NCBI RefSeq assembly: GCF_004010195.1 | Contig: NC_057728.1 | Coordinates: forward strand, 45,541,419-45,605,418 | Origin: Chiloscyllium plagiosum | Taxonomy: Eukaryota | Direction of reading: 5' to 3' | DNA length: 64,000 nucleotides | Shown: positions 12,063 to 24,345 of the stretch, in pieces | How positions within the stretch are numbered: position 1 is the first letter of the stretch | How the letters are laid out: every line of letters begins with the position of its first letter | Notes under the pieces: model-generated | Told to the model about the DNA's origin: nothing | The model's input: only the letters and a program-made list of their open reading frames with translations | Databases searched by the model: none | Translations under genes and position numbers: made by a program

Positions 12063-13034
12063 CCCCTGCAGAATAGCATCCTCACAGAAATATAATTCAC
12101 ACAGTGGCTCCACTCTCACACACTACGGTACCATACAAATTAATTCTCCTCTTCAAACAAAAAGGAACGTACATTCCAGGAAAATGACTTGATTGAGAGA
12201 CGATGCTACGATGGGACTATATATGGACAAGTAGGCCTAACAATGTCAGAAAATTACAACTGTCTTGGAGTTTGAGAATCTGCTGAAAACATTTAATGCG
12301 TCACAAAATATCTGAAGTGCAAGTTGTTAATGATGCTTGGCAATTATCTTGACATTTTCTTCAAATTGGTCACCACTTCCACTTCCTTCTTTCCAAATGT
12401 TGTAGGAATAAAAGAAGTCCTCCCTCAGTCATTGCTTCCCACTTCGTCCTAGTACTCTGTGTGTGTTAATATGGGAATGGGGAGATCTTTGCCCTCCTGA
12501 CTGATTTTAACCAAAGCTCACACCACCCACAATAACCTGAAGGATATTTGCAATGACACAGGCTTTTTACATTTTCTGTTTAGTGTTCAGCTTTATACAA
12601 TTCATTGATGACCTGAATCACTGCAAGGGTCAGACCTTGCTAAAAAAAAATGGTGTGCTAAAAATGCTGTCATTAATATATAAGTAAGTTAACAGGTGCA
12701 GGGGATTATGAATGTGCCGTGAGTTATAAATGTCCAGAATTTACTGATCAATTTATTGTTTGCTTGCACAAATGACATTCTAACCATTCTCCAGGTCAAG
12801 AAGATTTTTCTGAAACTTCAATTAGATTTATTGGTGATGTTGTATTTATGGTATCTCATTCTGCTTTTGTTTGCAAGTGAAAAAATATTTTCTTCACTTA
12901 CCCTATTAATCTCCTTCATAATCTTAAAGATCACTATACAGTCAAACTTCAATCTCCTCATTCCAAAAGAAAGGATTGCCCAGTCCGTTTAATCTACCCT
13001 GACAGATATAACCTCTCAGTTCTGGTTCTGGGAT

Positions 13035-14482
13035 CTGACAACTTTCTGACAATAGAACTGAAGAACAAGCAATGCCCCTGAGTGAGGCTGTTCAAGTACA
13101 GTTACGACACCAGCATTTACTTGACAATGTGGATAATTTCCCAGTTTTGTCCTGTGCACAAAATAACAAGACAACTCTAGCCCGGTGAATTTCCGTCCTA
13201 TCTGTCTATTCTCCATCATCAATAAAGTGATGGAAAGGTTGCCGACAATATTATCAAGTGGCATCTGCTCACTGACACTCAACTTGCACACTGCTAGGGC
13301 CATTTGGCTCTTAGCTTTATCCAATATCCAAACGTGGAACAAAAATCCTCTAGAATTCCAGAGGTGAGGTGAAAGTGACTGCCCTTGTCAACAAGACCAC
13401 ACTTAACTGAGTATGGCATCAAGGAGACACAGAAAAAACTGGAGTAAATTTGAATCTTTGGGAACACTCACCACTGGTTGGAGTCAGACCTAACACTCAG
13501 GAAGATAATTGTGGGTTGTTGGAGGTCAAATTTCAGCGCAGGATATTTCTGCAGGTGTCCCTCTGGATAATATCCTTGGGCCAACCATCTTCAGCAGCTT
13601 CATCAATAATGTTTCCTCCATCATAAGGACATAAATGAGAACGTGCATTACTCAGTGAACAATGATCAGCACCATTCATGACTCCCTAGCCCACGTCAAT
13701 ATATAGCAACATCCAGTTTTGGACTGATTAGTAGCAACTAACATTCACAAAATGTAAGTGGTAGGTAATGACCATCTCTAAAAATAGAAAATCTAACCAT
13801 TGTCCTTGACACTCAATGGTATCACCATTGCTGAATTCACCACTATCCATATCCTGGGGATTAGTATTGATGAGAAGCTAAATAGATCAGCAAAATAAAC
13901 ACTATGGCTAAAAGACCAGGTTAGAGAGTCTAAGAATTCTGTGGTGAAAGCTTCTGTTTATTCAATATTTGTTTGTTCTCTACAGACTACAAATTAGTAG
14001 TGTGATGGAATATTTGCCATTTTCCTGGCTGAGTACAGCTCCAACAATATTCAAGAAGCTTGACGCCACCTCAGACAAAGCAGCCTGCTCATCTACCACC
14101 GACTATATTAATGAACATTTGGCAGCAGTACATACCATTTACAAAATGCTCTGCAACAACTCATCAAAATATCTCCAATGGTACCTTCCAAACTTGTAAC
14201 CTTTACTACCAAGAAGGACAAGAGGAACCAATGAAAAGGAACGTCATCAACTGCAAATTCCCCTCTAAGAAAACCACCCTGTCTTGAAAATATATTGCCC
14301 TGTTCCTCTGGTATCACTGTATCAAAATTGTAGAACTCTCTTTCTAATGGCATTATGGGTGTTCCTACCCAATGATTGTCGGGGTTCAAGAATGCAGCTA
14401 ACCACCACCTTCTTCAGTGCAATTCTGAACAAGCAATAAAGAATGGTATAGCCAACAACACCATGATCCCATGAACAAGTAA
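13035..14482 (+). mobile_element. LINE family B (CR1-group) RT region to 3' end, decayed
   Basis: NFRPICLFSIINKVME, GVPLDNILGPTIFSSFINN (QGS motif region), SVMEYLPFSWLSTAPTIFKKLD; many stops and frameshifts. Confidence 0.85.
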
Positions 14483-14616
14483 TCATCGATCTTTGAAACA
14501 CATTTTTCAGTCGTTCCATGTGTTTTTAAAAATAAGGAAACCAGAACCATTCAATGCATGCTTAATGTGGTCTAACCAAAGTTCAGGACAATTTGAATAT
14601 AACACCTCTGGTATTC

Positions 14617-15002
14617 AAGTGCCATGAACACAGCCCATCAAACAGATCAGCCTTCTGTCATTGACTCCACTGATACTTCCTGCTGTGTCGGGAAAACAAC
14701 CAACATAAAAGACCTTTCCCACTCTGTTATACCCGCTTCCACCCTCTTTCGTTGGGCAGAAGATATGAAAGTTTGAATACGTGTACAGCAGATTCAAGAA
14801 CTGCTTCTTTCTCGCTGTTATCAGACTGTTGAAGGATGTCTCAAGTGTTAAGTATGATCTCTCTCTTTGCACCTTTTCTGCAGCTGCACTCTGTTCTGCT
14901 ACCCCTGATGAATTTTGTATGATATGATCTGCTTGTATAGCATGCAAAGTAACACTTTTCACTGTATCTCAGTACATTTGACAACATTAAATCAATCAAT
15001 CA
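14617..15002 (+). mobile_element. Rex1/Babar-type LINE 3' end
   Basis: Decayed GRRYESL...RFKNCFFLAVIRLL C-terminus, CACTGTATCTCAGTACA 3' UTR and (ATCA)n tail. Confidence 0.7.
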
Positions 15003-15050
15003 TTCTTTGTTTTTGTTAAGGATTCTTTAACCTATATCAGTACTTTATTA

Positions 15051-15143
15051 AGTTAAAAATCATGCAACATCAAGTTATAGTCAAACCTGGTGCTGTGTGC
15101 TTTTTAACTTTGTCCACCCCAGTCCAACACTGGCAACTCCACA
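15051..15143. mobile_element. Small fold-back PLE terminal fragment
   Basis: AGTTAAAAATCATGCAACATCAAGTT...AACCTGGTGCTGTGTGCTTTTTAACT inverted arms; family of 23139-23392. Confidence 0.65.
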
Positions 15144-15185
15144 GTGTTTATATTGATCTGTATACCTACACTCCTAGATCTCTCT

Positions 15186-15340
15186 ATGTGCAGGTCAGGT
15201 GAGTTGGCCAGGCTAAATTGCCCGTAGTGTTAGGTAAGGGGTAAATGTTGGGGTTTGGGTGGATTGCGCTTCGGCGGGTTGGTGTGGACTTGTTGGGCCG
15301 AAGGGCCTGTTTCCACACTGTAATCTAATCTAATCTAATC
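15186..15340 (+). mobile_element. HE1-type SINE, 5'-truncated, young
   Basis: ATGTGCAGGTCAGG...GGGCCGAAGGGCCTGTTTCCACACTG(TAATC)4; CpGs retained. Confidence 0.92.
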
Positions 15341-16120
15341 CTCTGCTCCATTTAGAATTTTATTTCAAAGGGCTTTGTGGCTTCCTTATTCTTCCTACTA
15401 GAGTGCAGTAACCCACATTTATCTACACTAATGTTAATTTGTTATTGACACACACAAGGTTTCTAATGTCTTTTTGTATTTATTGTTTTCCTTCACATTA
15501 ATTGTTCTGCCAAATTCCTGATCATTCGCAAATTTTGAAACTGTATTTCTGATTCCCAGGTCCAAGTCATTTAACTAACTGGTGAAAGTGGTGGTCTCAG
15601 ACTAATTATTGTGGAGTTCCACCTTCCAATATTTGCCAACTATTATTGCATTTGCTTCCTGCTCTCTGTTTTCAGTTTTGTCATCTACATGCTATTCATT
15701 CTGCTACTTCATCCCTGTCTCCAGTGTTCTGACTTCAATTGGAAGTCTGTTATGCAGTACTTCATCAAAGGCTTTTTGAAAACCTAAGTATAGTTGGTCT
15801 ACTACATTCCTACTATCTACACTTTCTGTTACTTTTTCAAAAAATGAGTAAGATCAATAAAACCTGATCTACACTTTTGGAATAAATACTGACAACTGTT
15901 TTAGTATATTTTCTGTTTTTAGATGTTTCTGCTATATCTTTTGGGAAGGACTTCATTATCTTTTTGACTTTCAGGGTCCTGAGTTCCCTAGACTAGTTCA
16001 ACTTTCCTTTTTATGTCTAGGTAACACACCATTTGACTGTCAGTCCCCTGTTGTTTTAAACAGTTCAAAGCATTGCATTATGAACAATAGATTCAAGATT
16101 TTTTCATCAACCTGGTCAAC

Positions 16121-16139
16121 CAACCTGTAGAGGGCAATG
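16121..16139 (+). promoter_or_regulatory. CTCF-like motif candidate
   Basis: CAACCTGTAGAGGGCAATG fits core CCASYAGRKGGCR with a tolerated T at the third position. Confidence 0.35.
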
Positions 16140-16454
16140 CAAGACAACTATGTATTTGTTCCCTGATCAAGTTCAAAAGACATTTTAGCAAAGAACCCTC
16201 AGTGCTGCTGACTGCTTATTCATCATGTATGTAGAAGGATAAATAATAACATGAACAGAAGAAAATTGAATAAGTACTAGATAAGAGATGTAAACAGAGT
16301 GCACAGATTCTTAACTACCATGGTGGGCTTTGAATCCACATTCTCTGGATTAATAGGTCTTTGGATATTTAATTAATCCAGGATTACAGCCATTACATCA
16401 TTGTAACCGACATGGTACCTGGTTTGGGCTGGGATAAAAAATGTGCAGAAAGAA

Positions 16455-17149
16455 GGGACTGAATTTTCCCAGGCACCAAACGATGCAGACATTGGTGAGA
16501 AAGCTGAGACAATAGCATGAGGTCAGCAAAAATGAGATTCTTGACATTGAGAACAAGAAATCCTACTTTTCAGCCATGTATTGAATGTTGAGACATGATT
16601 CTATCCAGAGAGTTGCACGGGGCTGATTTGCATGCAATAGCATGTATTAACATCCCCAATATTAATTAATGGCATCTCATTAATACCAAATTTCTCTTTC
16701 TCCCATCTGCTGGATAGAATCTAGAATAGCAATAATTCCTAACAGGGAAGTCAGTAACCCAGTAACTCAGGCTTGCTGCATGCTCCTTGACCCTCCATCT
16801 TGGATACCAGGCACCAAATCCTCAGGACAGGCTCCATAGGCTGTGACCACATGTACCCATGTTCACCAAACCTCTAGCTCCCAGCCAGCAAAGTCAGGTG
16901 TTGATTTCACTCTGTTCTAAATGTCTGGGGAATAGGCAGGGAATAGACACCTGGGGTTCAAAGATGGCAGCAGAAATTCAACAAGGTTTGCCTTTGGCGA
17001 GTGGGAGAATACAACATTTAGGCATATGGATAATACTGAGGCAAATTTGGGAAAATGGTGTGTGAAAACCCATTAGGGCTCTCAGAGAGAAATCCTTGAT
17101 GAAGCTCACCAAAACTTACACTTTGCCAATTTCTAGTAAAACTCAGCCC
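16455..17149. mobile_element. Non-autonomous TIR element (MITE-like, possibly PIF/Harbinger)
   Basis: Left GGGACTGAATTTT vs right AAAACTCAGCCC; subterminal TTGGTGAG / CTCACCAA; TSD not preserved. Confidence 0.45.
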
Positions 17150-17329
17150 AATGTATTTATGGGAGTGGAATTATCACCACTGAAGTGAGAAATGGAAGTT
17201 TGGTCTGGTTTTCGGTTCTTAACCTGCATTTAGTTGAAATAGTCTCAAGTCCAATATTTTATCAGGATGATCCTTAATTGAAATAGAGATGGGTTTCCTA
17301 TCCATTTAGAAGCTGTAGGGGCAGTGAAG

Positions 17330-17580
17330 TTGGTCAGAAGATGTATGGCTTTCGTTTAGCCTCTTAAGGCAGCCAGCATTGTTGGGCCTGGTTTTGCTGA
17401 AGGAAAGATCTGTTGTTTTTGCCGAAGCCTTCCACCATCCCAAAAGTGAGATGTCACAGGAGAGCTCGAGGTAGAGCAGGGCAGATTCTTGTTTCTTCAA
17501 TGTTGACCTGGATTGAACATTGGAGACTTTGAGGGAGAACAGGGAACTCATTTTCCCCAAGCATTGTGGGGTGATGTCTC
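17330..17580 (-). mobile_element. Possible RTE-type LINE remnant
   Basis: CTGCTCTACCTCGAGCTC (LLYxEL) resembles the RTE C-terminal motif; heavily decayed. Confidence 0.3.
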
Positions 17581-18404
17581 ATAATTGTGCTGCAGGAGAG
17601 TACATACTTTGAATCTACCATCACTGAACTGAACTGCTTTAATAATGCACACTGTATACTGCTGGGCAGACAGAAAATGGGGCTGCACCAAACTTTTGAT
17701 TTTGTGTGATGGTCTCAATAGCAAAATTATTAGAATTTATAAAATCTTCGGTAAGTTAATTGCTAAGAAGATATTGAGAGGAAAAGAGTAGCTTGACATT
17801 TTTTGATAACTCACCCCGATAATGAAAATGACATAACATATATATCCATTTTAAATGCTTTCAATAAGAAGTAAATATCCGGGACCGCAAGGGAAGTATG
17901 CAGTAACATAAAGCTAAGGACGGTAAGAATTTATATTTTCCAGCTGAGGTTTCTCAGGATGTCTCCCGATGAGTTTTGCATCCAATGGCTTATGTTGGAT
18001 GAGCAGTCACTATTTGATATGCCCCTTTTCCTTAGTAGCTAAGGTCACTCAAACAGACTCTTCCAGTATCTTGAGCTCCCTTGCAGTAGAAATTGCGTAT
18101 CAATGGGAAGTAAAGAAATCCTGGTCGACTGCCTGCCTTACAGACATTTTTTGGGCAAAGAAATTACTGAGGTACTGCTAAATTGATGCTGGGGGCTGAT
18201 GATCCTGACCCTACAGTCTGCTGCTGTCCTTTCAATCTGCCAACATTTCCTCTCTTCTAACAGGTGAACTTAAAATCATTGATTTTCCAAAAAGCTGGTA
18301 ACCACCTCATTTATCAAAACAAAGTGGATTCTAGTGGTTACAATGTAATCAGCACTTATTATTTCTGACTGGAGAATCCAAGCTACACTGTGAACTGCTA
18401 CAAA

Positions 18405-18603
18405 AAACCATAAGTGTTGGAGAAACTCAGCCAATCTGGCAGTGTCTGTGGAAATAGAAAAATGAAGTTCGGTTTAAAAGAAAAAGATCACACTGTAATG
18501 TTAACTTTGTTTCCCTCAACACAGGTGCTGCCAGACCTGCCAAATTTCCCAATACTTCTCTAATTTTATTTCTGATCTCCAGCATCTGCAGTACTGTATT
18601 TTT
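18405..18603. mobile_element. Fold-back PLE-derived short repeat (family E)
   Basis: GGAGAAACTCAGCCAATCTGGCAGTGTCTGTG inverted against CACAGGTGCTGCCAGACCTGC. Confidence 0.65.
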
Positions 18604-18659
18604 ATATAAGCCTTTGAAAGCAAATCAATTCAACCCAATCATTCAACTGCTATTAATCA

Positions 18660-18772
18660 CTGCTTGTAGCGCAGTGGTAGTGTCCCCAGCTCTAGGTCAG
18701 AAGGTCTGGGATCAGGTCTCACCTGCCCCAGACATATATCATCATATGTCCAAGCAGATTCATTAAAAATAT
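18660..18772 (+). mobile_element. Short tRNA-like SINE family C
   Basis: CTTGTAGCGCAGTGGTAGTGTCCC...GGTCTGGGATCAGGTCTCACCTG. Confidence 0.6.
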
Positions 18773-19737
18773 TTACAATAATTAGTAGCAATCCAAGATA
18801 ATTTTCATCAGTGCACGTTGCATTCATATTCATGTTACTTTCATATACAAATCACTTTGCTACAAATTTCTTTGCTTTCCAAAAACAAATCAACCAATAT
18901 GTGAAAGTAAGTCTTTTCTTTTTCTTTGGCAGTGAATATTTAAGTAAAACTGTCCAGTCAAGGTGAAAGTATAAGAGCCGAGCATTTATTATTCAACTGA
19001 ATTTATGGTTTCTAGACCCAGTTTGATGTTGGTTTACACACTGCAAAGGAGTCTGCACAGTATCATCTCATATAATTTCAGCACATAGAAAATAGAAATA
19101 TTAAACGTTCAAATTAAGAATGAGCAATTTTACAAGACTTCATCTAGGACCGAGTTATAAATCCATTTAAAAGCAATTAGATGATGATTTTACTGCAGAA
19201 ATGCACAAAGGAAATTTTTGTCTTTTGAATTGTGGAAATAAAACAAATCAAACATCTTACGTATTTCTGCACTCCAGCAGAAAATACTGAGTAAGAGTTA
19301 TGTTTGCCATTTGACACATATCAACAAACTCAGGCACATTTATTAATAATTTCCTAACTTTCCCTGCTAATTGCAATGCTTTGCCACTTTTGCAGCTAAT
19401 GATATTGCTAATAGTTTAGATGTGTTCTCAGTGTATTTGTCTTGTGCCAGCAGCATGTACATTCCAGCGATTTGGGTGAGCAGTCCCTAGCATATGCAAT
19501 GTTAATCCCCTGTTAGTAGAAGTTCATTAAGATTTTGGCAAAGTGTACCAGCTTCATTACCTCACAGAGAAAAACAAAGATGTAAGTTGTTGCAAAGTGA
19601 TCTCATCCTATATTCCCTGCGTGGTTTTGATTCACAGTTCTTGATTACTCAGTATCATTTTGAAATGTATGATAGGATGCCTGCAAGTATTTTATAGAAA
19701 GGAAGAAATAGCTTGCCTTTATGTAATACCTTTCAGA

Positions 19738-20305
19738 AGTGGTAATATTATTGAACTAGAAATGCAGAGCTCCAGACCAATGCCATGTGGCTGAAGGCAT
19801 ACAGGGAGATAATGAGGAACCAGTTACGCTTTCAGAACATAGGTTTAAATCTCACCATGGCAGCTGGTAGAATTTGAAATCAATTAATAAAGAAACATCT
19901 GGAACTAAAAGTTTCTCTCAGTAATGACAATCCCCGTGACATCATTATAGATGGTTATAAAATTTGATCTGGTATTGCTAATGTCCTTTGGGGAACGAAA
20001 ACTGCCTTCCTTACCTGGTCTGGCCTATTTGTAACTCCAGACCCACAGCAATATGGTTGATGAGTAACTGCTTTCTGAAATGGATGAGAAAGCCACTCAT
20101 TCATATTAAACAGCTACAAAGGCCAAAGAAAGGAATAAAATTGGACAGACTACTGGCATTGACCTAAGAAATGGCAATTACAAACCTAGCTCTGAAGACT
20201 CTGCAAATTCCTCCCTCTGGTGAGTTGTGCCAAAGTTATGGTAACTATTTTACAGATTGCTCAAGTAATAACCTGACATAGTCATACTTATTGAATCCTA
20301 CTTTA
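19738..20305 (+). mobile_element. Family-B tRNA-like head continuing into an APE endonuclease N-terminus (putative LINE B 5' end)
   Basis: SINE-B body to ~20102, then frame 20218-20304 reads W*VVPKLW*LFYRLLK**PDIVILIESYF. Confidence 0.65.
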
Positions 20306-21574
20306 CATCGGTATCCCAAGATAATGCCATACATTATTGGCTTTTCAAAGATAGCGGGTGCTTGCGTATCCTCCTCACCTGATATAATATTCCAGGTAAT
20401 GGCCAAATCAACCAATTCAGCTCCCTTTAAAAAACGCATAGGCAAAGGCACACATATCTCCAAGAGAAAAACTGATAATTATCTAATTCTACCTCCACTT
20501 TGATTTCATTGAATATAGTTTATTTAACCATATGCAAGGTGAGTCATTCCTATTTCCCTTTGATGTTGTGTCACTTTTTCCCTTTCACTTTAACTCTAAG
20601 AGTGGACACCATTAATTACCATTATAACTGATTCAGGAACTCTAAAAAGAGCTTTACTTTCTGGAGTAAACAACAATAACATGATTTCACGAGCTTTAAA
20701 AGAGACAAACATCATTACTATTGTGTGGTTTGAAGCATTACCAAATTTTGCTTGTTTAGTCTTTCTTACAAAAACACAGTAAATGTTCTCAACTGAAACT
20801 CATCAGATTATACTTGATTTAGCTTCTTTCAAAATCATTCTCAATTCAAAATTGACAACAACTGACTCACAGTTTCTTTTATGTACAGCTTCAGCAGTGT
20901 TGCAGGGCTGACAGATTTCATTATTGGTCAATTATTTTCTTCCCAAACTATCTTTCCACAAATTAAACTGTTTCCATTGGCTCTTGTCTTAAACTGAAAT
21001 TCCAATTTATTTGTCCTTGAAACTTCAATTGACTTTCCCATTGCGTGCATGAACTACCAACTTTTATCAGCGTCAATTTCAGAAACAATTGCATCCAGGG
21101 GTGGTGGTTTTAAAGAATGCCCTTATATTGGAGATCCAAGTGCTTGTTATCAGTTCTTCTGTTTTCAACAACTTTCTCCTCACAAAATTTCCAGCTTTTT
21201 TGCTGTATTCTTGAAACATGTTAAACAAAAGCAAAATCCACCATGTTTCTGTAAGAAGCCCAATGGTTTAATAGTATCCACACACACATCTGTAACATTA
21301 GAAATCCAGAAGTTAGACCTATCCAAAATCACACATCTATCACATAGAAAGTGTGTGAGAAGTTTTAAAACTGTCAGCAGAAAAATTAACTCTGAGAAGG
21401 GACAGAGCCAAGTCACAAGGTGACATCATATTGCACCTTCATGTACTTCGTTCAAAATCTGTCAAAACATCTTTTCATGATCTCAAAGTGGTATTTTAAA
21501 TCTCTACTGGCTTAAGAAAAACATTTTCTAGACCTTTATTTTAAGACTACTTGATAAGTATACAAGAAAAGTGA

Positions 21575-21888
21575 TGGCTTAACAGTACTATTGTGAGGCT
21601 ATTAAGCTGAAGATTCAAGTAATGTTCTGGGGACCTGGGTTCAATTATTCCAATGAAAGATAGTAGAGTTTGAATTAAAATAAAACATGGTCAATTGTCA
21701 GGAAAAGCCCAACTAGTTCACTAATGTTCTTTAAGGAAGGAAACTACCATCCTTACCTGATCTGGCCTACGCCTGACTCCAGACCACACAGTGATGTGGT
21801 TGACTGTTAACTACCCTCTGGACAATTAGGGCAATGACTACTTGGTCTGGTGAGTGACACCCACATCCTGAAAAAGAATTTTAAAAAA
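21575..21888 (+). mobile_element. tRNA-headed SINE family B
   Basis: GGACCTGGGTTCAA, CACTAATGTTCTTTAAGGAAGGAAA, CCTTACCTGATCTGGCCTAC, CAATTAGGG...CACCCACATCC tail. Confidence 0.8.
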
Positions 21889-22125
21889 TAAACATTTCCC
21901 ATGCCAAATTCTAAGTATAAATTGGATGACTTCCAAAAGGTTTCATCAGTACTTTCAAAGCAAGCTAAACCATTTTTTTCACAGCATATTTTTACAGCAG
22001 TTAAAAGAAACACTTTTGGAACTTATCAATGCAATAAAATTTCAAAATTTTGGACTTATGCGGCTTTAAGACTACTCTCTATTTTAGTACTGCTTTCAAT
22101 CGAATGTAAGGAATGCTTTCATTGC

Positions 22126-22512
22126 AACTCACACAACACAAGGTTATAGCCCAACAGGTTTATTTAGAAGCATTTGCTTTCATAGCACTGCACCTTTATC
22201 AGGTAGCTATCGAGTAGGACCATAGGACACAGAATTTATAGTAAAAGATTACACTGTCATATAACTACATTAATGAACCAGATAGATTTGGTAAGTGGGC
22301 GGCACGGTGGCACAGTGGTTAGCACTGCTGCCTCACAGCGCCAGAGACCCGGGTTCAATTCCCGACTATCGAGTAGGACCATAGGACACAGAATTTGTAG
22401 TAAAAGATTACACTGTCATATAACTGAAATGATATATTGAGCATAGCATCCTGATGTTGTATGATTTTTAACTTAGTCCACCCAGTCCAACACTGGCTCC
22501 TCCACATCATCA
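22126..22512. mobile_element. Rearranged PLE terminal repeat with internal duplication and SINE head
   Basis: CACACAACACAAGGTTATAG start and inverted TGTTGTATGATTTTTAACTT...CCAGTCCAACAC end. Confidence 0.7.
22297..22364 (+). mobile_element. Isolated HE1 tRNA-like head
   Basis: GGGCGGCACGGTGGCACAGTGGTTAGC...CCCGGGTTCAATTCCCG with CpGs intact; no body or tail. Confidence 0.9.
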
Positions 22513-23138
22513 TTGTAAATAGTATGAGAACTCTGTGAATACAATCCAATTTTCACAAATGGCTTATTTTCACTTGACAGGAAGAAAACGACCAGTTGAT
22601 CGCTCCCTTAACTATGCCAAAATGTCTTAGTCTTTTACTCATCTTGTCCCGCTCCAGGTGAAATTATCAACTTTGTATCACAACACAGAGATGTGTTATT
22701 TGGGCAAACACTATCAAATCCATTCTTGAGGTCTCTTGCCTTGACTTGCAAGGTAACAGCCCCAGATGATGACTGACTGGCGTGTTTTGATTTTTACTAT
22801 ATCAAGGGAGAAACCCATCTGATCATCAGTCCCATTATCAACATCCACCAAGTGCAGCTGCAATGCTGGAAGTCTGTAGACAATTTCAGAAATTTGAAGC
22901 TGTTGGGAAAAATCCTTCATTAAAAACCTGCCATTATCTGAAAATCATAACAGTATCCATACATCCATCCCACTTCAAGCAGAATGGATTAACTAGTCCA
23001 AGTATCTCGATTCAATAAAAATTATATAAATTGAATATATAAATTCTCTGAGCTGATGCAGACAGTTTACTATTAATCTGAAGGGGTGGGCTGAAGACTC
23101 TTTAACACAATTATGTAAACACTCCCGACTTGCTCCTG

Positions 23139-23392
23139 ATTTGGAGATGCCGGTGTTGGACTGGAGTGTTCAAAGTTAAAAATCACACAACACCAGGTTA
23201 TAGTCCAACAAGTTTAATTGGAAGCACATTAGCTTTCGGAGTGCCGCTCCTCCATCAGGTGATTGTGGAGGACACAATTGTAAGGCACAGGATTTAAAGC
23301 AAAAATTTACAGTGTGATGTAACTGAAATTATACATTGAAAAATACCTTGATTGTCTGTTGAGTCTTTCATCTGTTCGAATACCATGATAGT
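23139..23392 (-). mobile_element. PLE terminal fragment with 9-bp TSD and hammerhead-like core
   Basis: TTGCTCCTG at 23130-23138 and 23393-23401; minus strand CUGAUGG A GGAG..CUCC GAAA GCUA at 23230-23258. Confidence 0.8.
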
Positions 23393-24112
23393 TTGCTCCT
23401 GGACAGAGATAAGGGCCCTGTGTTACATTTACTTTCTGAACGAAGGAAAAGTCTGCCTCTTTTGTTTGATTTTGCCTTCTTCAAACTCTTTAATAGCACT
23501 TTTCTCAGATTTTCAGAGAGTGAATCTCCTTTCCAAAATTCAAATTTTTCCTATATTTTCAGAGCACCAATTCACATCAACAAACATTTGGGATGAGCAA
23601 TTCTTCTTATCCAGAATGAAAGATGCACTCATATGCTATAATAATATTTGGAACTTAACTCTGACCAGAAAATGAAATTCCAAACACAATAATACAATCA
23701 CAAAGGTTTTGAAATTTTCCATTTACCCAGGACTCTTTCCTTAACTAAATACAACCCACATTTTAAGGAAAGAGGAAATACGTTATTCCATTTAACTTAA
23801 TTTTCTTTCTTCAATTGTTTACATATGACAGCAACCAATTCTGAGAGGTAATTTTTATTAAGTCCTTAAGACAGCAATTCTACATAAGCAATCTGTAGCA
23901 GATCTGTTTTAACAAAACCACTGATATTTCCTTAAAGGAACATCAACTTTAAGCCTCTTCAAATCCTGAGCTGTATGGAGGAAAACACACAAATGATCGA
24001 AGTCAGCATTTTAGCAGTCAACAAATGAAAATACATATGAACCAGATCACAAAGGGTTAACAGTTGGTGCAGATACTGTGGACACTTGAGGAATTCACAA
24101 ATAAAAAAAAAT

Positions 24113-24345
24113 TAGAATCATAGAAGTCTACAGCAGGGAAACAGGCCCTTCAGCCAAACTTGCCCACGCCACTCAGTTTTCACAATTTAAATTAGTCCCA
24201 TTTGCCTGCCTTTGGTCCATATCCCTCCATATCTATCCCATCCATGTACCTGTCTTAGTGTTTCTTAAATCATGAAATCATACTTGCTTCCACCACTACC
24301 TCTGGCAGTCTCTTCTAAACACTCACCTGCCTTGGTGTGAAAAAA
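24113..24345 (-). mobile_element. HER1/CR1 3' end
   Basis: AGAATCATAGA tail, GGAAACAGGCCCTTCAGCC, CCACTACCTCTGGCAG. Confidence 0.8.

Larger units (their letters stand above)
12880..16050 (-). mobile_element. Ancient CR1-type LINE broken up by later insertions
   Basis: Colinear decayed pieces at ~12880-13030, 14485-14615, 15003-15050, 15150-15185, 15340-16050 (e.g. ACCAGAAC...GTGGTCTAACC, CCAAGTCATTT, TCAAAGGCTTTTTGAAAA). Confidence 0.55.

Noticed and set aside
20245..20503. Overlapping 70-72 aa ORFs on both strands
   Set aside because: They partly overlap the LINE endonuclease relic; no homology recognised
21049..21423. 124-aa ORF in unique DNA
   Set aside because: No recognisable domain or convincing splice boundaries; compatible with chance
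22297..22364. tRNA gene
   Set aside because: Same as the HE1 SINE head; no complete acceptor stem or oligo-T terminator
22714..22920. DVDNGT resembling a PDE4 N-terminal motif
   Set aside because: Six-residue match only; the flanks show no similarity
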